Of a stretch of DNA of 64,000 bases, positions 60,847 through 64,000 are shown in pieces. The stretch's first letter is position 1; the number at the start of each line of letters is the position of its first letter. The position numbers and the translations under genes were made by a program. The notes beneath the pieces were generated by a model. That model was given only the letters and a program-made list of their open reading frames with translations. It was not told the origin of the DNA and did no database searches. The stretch is from the IMG/VR virus record IMGVR_UViG_3300022555_000015. One strand, given 5' to 3'. Origin of the DNA: a virus. Lineage: Duplodnaviria > Heunggongvirae > Uroviricota > Caudoviricetes.

Positions 60847-61211
60847 ACTTTGATAAAGACTCTGGCAACATCAGCCGGGAAGTACTTCAGGTCACGCTTC
60901 CCCATCAGGGTACGCATGAACTCACAAATGAATTCTACTTGTTTGATTGAAGCATCGTAATTCCAGTAACTAAGCCCTGACCTACATTTTGCCCGCTTCC
61001 CCTTCAGGTCATTTAGGTAGGACTCCAAGGTCTCCAGGTTAGCTGCCTTGCGGCAAAGCTTGATACCTTTGAGTGCCCAGTCCTTGCGTTCCACTACATC
61101 TGGGTTCTGTTCTCGGTAGTCACAGACGACTATGAGCCAGAGAGCAAAGTCAGGTGTAGGTGTAAGAGTCTTGGGGTGAGGGGTCAGAGTCTTGGGGTGA
61201 GGGGTCATCAT
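60813..61211 (-). CDS. hypothetical protein with in-frame 21-bp tandem duplication (TPHPKTL x2) at N-terminus
   Basis: agagtcttggggtgaggggtc repeated at 61173-61214. Confidence 0.45.
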   Translation of the reverse strand: MMTPHPKTLTPHPKTLTPTPDFALWLIVVCDYREQNPDVVERKDWALKGIKLCRKAANLETLESYLNDLKGKRAKCRSGLSYWNYDASIKQVEFICEFMRTLMGKRDLKYFPADVARVFIKVWSIITYGNKP

Positions 61212-61442
61212 TTATACCTCTGTGTTGAACTTGCACTTGGTACATCGCCATTCTTGGCTGTAATCTGTACGGTGACCATCATAGCTCTCCGACTCATACT
61301 CTTCCCATTCGTGAGTACACCGTGCCCATTGAAGCCATACCTTGATCTGTGCCCGTGCTTCTTGAAGGATAGCTTTGGCCTTGTTCCGCAGGAAGGCATT
61401 GAGAACCTTGGTGTTAGGGCAGAGCTTCTTGTAGTGTGCCAT
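61212..61442 (-). CDS. zinc-finger-like small protein (76 aa)
   Basis: ORF track. Confidence 0.4.
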   Translation of the reverse strand: MAHYKKLCPNTKVLNAFLRNKAKAILQEARAQIKVWLQWARCTHEWEEYESESYDGHRTDYSQEWRCTKCKFNTEV

Positions 61443-61642
61443 CAGGGTCTCTTTGATCTATCAAGCTTGGGGTCTTCATGGATAGCACAGATAGGGCAGG
61501 CTTCCTGATCCCCTACCCTGGGGGCACCACCAAACCTGCGGGTACGCAAGGTATGTCCACAATCATAGGTGATGTCCCAGTCATGGGTGGTGCCACTATC
61601 CGAGAACTGACAAAAGGGACTGTGTGTTAGGTGTGCAATCAT
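61442..61642 (-). CDS. Cys/His small protein
   Basis: trimmed to ATG 61640-61642 (MIAHLTHSPFCQF..) to clear divergent plus gene. Confidence 0.4.
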   Translation of the reverse strand: MIAHLTHSPFCQFSDSGTTHDWDITYDCGHTLRTRRFGGAPRVGDQEACPICAIHEDPKLDRSKRP

Positions 61643-61676
61643 TGTGTCCCTAGTTACTCTATAGGTGTGGTTCGGT

Positions 61677-62096
61677 ATGGACAATCTACGTTCCAAAATC
61701 ATCAAGTTAGCCCATTCTAAACCGGAACTTCGACCTTACCTACTTCCGATCCTGAAGCAAGCCACGGACTTCCCTACCCAGGAAGCCCTGGACAAGTACC
61801 TCAAGGACCATCCAGGAGCCGACAAGTCCAAGCACAAGGTTACGGATTCGGACAAGGGGAAGGAACTTTCGGACAAGGCAGAGCAGTCTAGTGCAGAAGC
61901 AAATCGAACTAGAGACTGGCGTCAATCTAGTGAAGCTCATGCCCAAGCCATGCACGACCAGTCTGTAGCAGCTAAACACCATGAGGGACAGGGAAACACA
62001 GAAAAGGCCAAATACCATCGAGAAAAGGTCAAGAAGCATAAGAGTAGAACGGATGCAAAGACTTACAAGAGTGTTGTTGGTGAGGGCTGGGAATAG
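61677..62096 (+). CDS. leader-family protein (MDNLRSKIIKLAHSKPELRPYLLPIL...), highly charged/disordered remainder
   Basis: ORF-track start 61665 is GTG; ATG at 61677 gives the conserved leader. Confidence 0.5.
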   Translation: MDNLRSKIIKLAHSKPELRPYLLPILKQATDFPTQEALDKYLKDHPGADKSKHKVTDSDKGKELSDKAEQSSAEANRTRDWRQSSEAHAQAMHDQSVAAKHHEGQGNTEKAKYHREKVKKHKSRTDAKTYKSVVGEGWE

Positions 62097-62354
62097 GCAC
62101 CCCTCATTCTTTCTCCCGTAGAACGGTTCCTACTGGAACCATCCCATCCACGGCAAATCCCCACTGATTCGGGCCCTCCTTCATTCGGAAGTGAGCGAGC
62201 CCCTGGAAGCGGACTTCTACCCCGTCTCCTACCAAGATGGTCCCTCTAGGTATAGACCTACCCTCAGAGTCTCCCATCAGGACCTATTGTGATCCTTTCG
62301 GGTAGCCTTCGAAGCACTCCCTGACCATAATCTGGAACGGCTCTGGTGTAGGCA

Positions 62355-62663
62355 TCAAGGTCTCCTGGACCTCTCCTTACGCCTATCCGTCGAGACCTTA
62401 CCCCCGGTTTGTTTGGAGATGAACTTCACGGTCTTGACAAACGTGGGGTGGGCTAAGAGAGCCTCAACCGTATTGTATTCGGCTTCAAGCTCCCGATTGC
62501 TGAACGTCGCATGGATAGCTCTGTGGCAGTCTGTACAGATAGGGAGTGTGTCCTTCCCACCCCGGCTACGGGGGACTAGGTGGTGGTCACTGAGCCGAAG
62601 CCACGGGTAGGCACGGTCACATAGGGGGCACTGTGGGATAATCTGATCTGGGTAGCACGGCAT
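62355..62663 (-). CDS. HNH endonuclease
   Basis: CPLCDR...DHHLVPRSRGG...CTDCHRAIH (HNH with flanking CxxC zinc knuckles). Confidence 0.65.
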   Translation of the reverse strand: MPCYPDQIIPQCPLCDRAYPWLRLSDHHLVPRSRGGKDTLPICTDCHRAIHATFSNRELEAEYNTVEALLAHPTFVKTVKFISKQTGGKVSTDRRKERSRRP

Positions 62664-62664
62664 G

Positions 62665-62680
62665 TTTTCAGGTTAAGATT
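62665..62680 (+). promoter_or_regulatory. conserved upstream motif, candidate promoter
   Basis: TTTTCAGGTTAAGATT then ccc..GTAAAGGGG RBS, ATG 62705. Confidence 0.45.
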
Positions 62681-62704
62681 ACCCCATCCCATAGTAAAGG
62701 GGAC

Positions 62705-62935
62705 ATGGGAACAAGGCAATACGTCGATCTCAAGGAAGGCAACCGAGTCATCTGCCAGGGTACTGAGCGGAAGTTCAAGGGCCTGACTGGCACGGTCTAC
62801 ACCATCTGGACCAAGGACTACGAGAGAGGCCCTTACTGCGTGAAGTTCGGCAACAGCCCGTGCATGTGCTGGGACTTCAAGCGGGAAGAACTCCGTAAGC
62901 TGACCCCTAGAACCTCCCGGTCGATTTCAAGTTAA
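62705..62935 (+). CDS. small KOW-like protein, cassette copy 1
   Basis: NRVICQGTERKFKGLTGTVY...EELRKLTPRTSRSISS; paralog of 62964..63173. Confidence 0.5.
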   Translation: MGTRQYVDLKEGNRVICQGTERKFKGLTGTVYTIWTKDYERGPYCVKFGNSPCMCWDFKREELRKLTPRTSRSISS

Positions 62936-62938
62936 GTT
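62923..62938 (+). promoter_or_regulatory. conserved upstream motif (variant GATTTCAAGTTAAGTT)
   Basis: overlaps 3' end of upstream gene; GTAAGGGGG RBS follows. Confidence 0.4.
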
Positions 62939-62963
62939 ACCCCACCATCAAGGTAAGGGGGAT

Positions 62964-63173
62964 ATGGAAAACATGAAGCTCAAGATGAATGATCGGGTGA
63001 TCTGCCAGGACAGTGATGTGCCCTTCTACGGCATGGCAGGCACGGTCCAGGGCATCCAGACCCAGGGCTACGAGCAGGGGCTCTGCATCGTGACCCTGGA
63101 CAAGTACCCCGGCAGGGAGTTCCAGTTCGAACGGTCAGACCTCCGTAAGCTTTCCGGGTCGATTTCAGGTTAA
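62964..63173 (+). CDS. small KOW-like protein, cassette copy 2
   Basis: DRVICQDSDVPFYGMAGTVQ...SDLRKLSGSISG. Confidence 0.5.
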   Translation: MENMKLKMNDRVICQDSDVPFYGMAGTVQGIQTQGYEQGLCIVTLDKYPGREFQFERSDLRKLSGSISG

Positions 63174-63177
63174 GATT
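63161..63177 (+). promoter_or_regulatory. conserved upstream motif, candidate promoter
   Basis: GATTTCAGGTTAAGATT overlapping 3' end of cassette copy 2; GTAAGGGGAGGG RBS. Confidence 0.45.
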
Positions 63178-63216
63178 CACCCCGTCTACAGTAAGGGGAG
63201 GGAAAGCAGGGACACC

Positions 63217-63780
63217 ATGAACCGAGCCGAACGTCGTCAGAGCAAGATCACGGATTCCAGGGTCGAGATGAGCCAGGGACGGATGTACGAGTTCACCGAG
63301 AGAACTACCCCCAACAGACGCCCTGCCATGGACAGTACCACCTTCCCGATGGATGCCCTGGTGGCACGTCTCCGGGACACCAACCGTCGGCTGATGGTGG
63401 AGTGCTCTGACGTGGAGTTCTTCCCGGAGTTCGTTCGGGTGTCGGACTACTTCTTCACCCTCCTCAAGAAGTATCCCGTTCAGATGAACGTCAAGGATTT
63501 CCTCCTGACCTGGGGAGATGCCCTTCTGGAATGCAGTAGCGGGGTGGATGACAATGGGAAGCCCGTTCAGGCTCCCAAGATCAGCCATGCAAAGGCCCTG
63601 TTCCTGGACCACTTCTTCAAGCAGACATACTGCAAGTACCTGCCCCCGGTCATTCGGGATCGCATTCCTGGGGCTCTGGCCGACATCCTGGACGAAGACA
63701 TCGAGATGGAGCCCGCTCTCAAGGGCTACACCAACACCCACGGACCTCTGGGCTACGGCCCTTCCAAAAACCTGAGCTAA
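63217..63780 (+). CDS. hypothetical protein (187 aa)
   Basis: ORF track. Confidence 0.5.
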   Translation: MNRAERRQSKITDSRVEMSQGRMYEFTERTTPNRRPAMDSTTFPMDALVARLRDTNRRLMVECSDVEFFPEFVRVSDYFFTLLKKYPVQMNVKDFLLTWGDALLECSSGVDDNGKPVQAPKISHAKALFLDHFFKQTYCKYLPPVIRDRIPGALADILDEDIEMEPALKGYTNTHGPLGYGPSKNLS

Positions 63781-63791
63781 GGGAACATACC

Positions 63792-64000
63792 ATGTACGAA
63801 GATTACGAAGACCGTATCCGGGCCCGCAACGCAAGCCGAAGCACGGTTCGGGCATTCTTCCGATGGATCGGGGCCCTCTTCATCAAGGCTGTGAAGATCA
63901 CGGTCCTGACTGCCATCAACTTCACCATGGCAGCGTTCGTGGCCTTCATCCTGGCCTACCCCCTGATGTGGCTCTGGAACTTCACGGTTCCCTACGTCAT
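63792..64000 (+). CDS. membrane protein, N-terminal fragment (runs off window end)
   Basis: ATG 63792; hydrophobic ALFIKAVKITVLTAINFTMAAFVAFILAYPLMWLW. Confidence 0.45.
   Translation, partial: MYEDYEDRIRARNASRSTVRAFFRWIGALFIKAVKITVLTAINFTMAAFVAFILAYPLMWLWNFTVPYV

Noticed and set aside
62980-63855. 291-aa minus-strand ORF
   Set aside because: It is antisense to three plus genes that are each preceded by the motif and an AAGGGG RBS. Its translation is Gly/Pro/Arg-rich.
1-64000. Alternative genetic code (UGA=Trp) for this window, suggested by the UCA tRNA
   Set aside because: Long ORFs (up to 568 aa) and conserved domains are uninterrupted under the standard code, and paralog boundaries coincide with TGA or TAA stops. 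Recoding, if any, must be elsewhere in the genome.

Overview
This window looks like about 64 kb of an early or accessory region of a large tailed bacteriophage, or a phage-like element, of a Gram-negative host. That is an inference from dense small genes with 1-4 nt start/stop overlaps, lipobox and prepilin-type signals, and no recognisable capsid, tail or terminase gene. About 140 protein-coding genes are called. Almost all lie on the minus strand from 1 to 56046, and most lie on the plus strand after a back-to-back promoter-like motif pair at 56071-56107.

Recognisable content falls into three groups:
- An RNA-repair and tRNA toolkit: Rnl-type RNA ligase (3408-4646), RtcB (33714-35027), PTH2-like hydrolase (11133-11453), MBL-fold RNase Z-like hydrolase (57683-58483) and a HAD phosphatase-like protein (49191-49568). 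Three tRNA genes accompany it: one split by a ~209-nt group I intron, one tRNA-Trp-like with a UCA (UGA-reading) anticodon, and one tRNA-Val(UAC).
- Nucleotide and DNA-modification genes: dCTP deaminase, a Dam-like methyltransferase broken by a 1-nt frameshift in a C5 tract inside its DPPY motif, an FkbM-methyltransferase/GT4-glycosyltransferase fusion, an HD hydrolase, a ParB-like protein and an HNH endonuclease.
- Host-interaction genes: a type IV pilin-like protein, an SPFH lipoprotein, an ADP-ribosylglycohydrolase, a vWA protein, a 533-aa Cys-rich secreted repeat protein, and a CheY-like receiver gene broken by a 14-bp tandem duplication.

A motif TTTCAGGTTAAGATT (gene orientation) occurs about 20 times, 25-35 nt upstream of start codons, and is a candidate phage promoter. 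There are several tandem paralog families, four proteins that share an N-terminal leader (M-x-x-LRSKIIKLAH..PELR..LLPIL), and two repeat-rich non-coding regions (23614-24508 and 53770-54345). All calls come from reading the sequence and ORF track only; no database search or folding was run.
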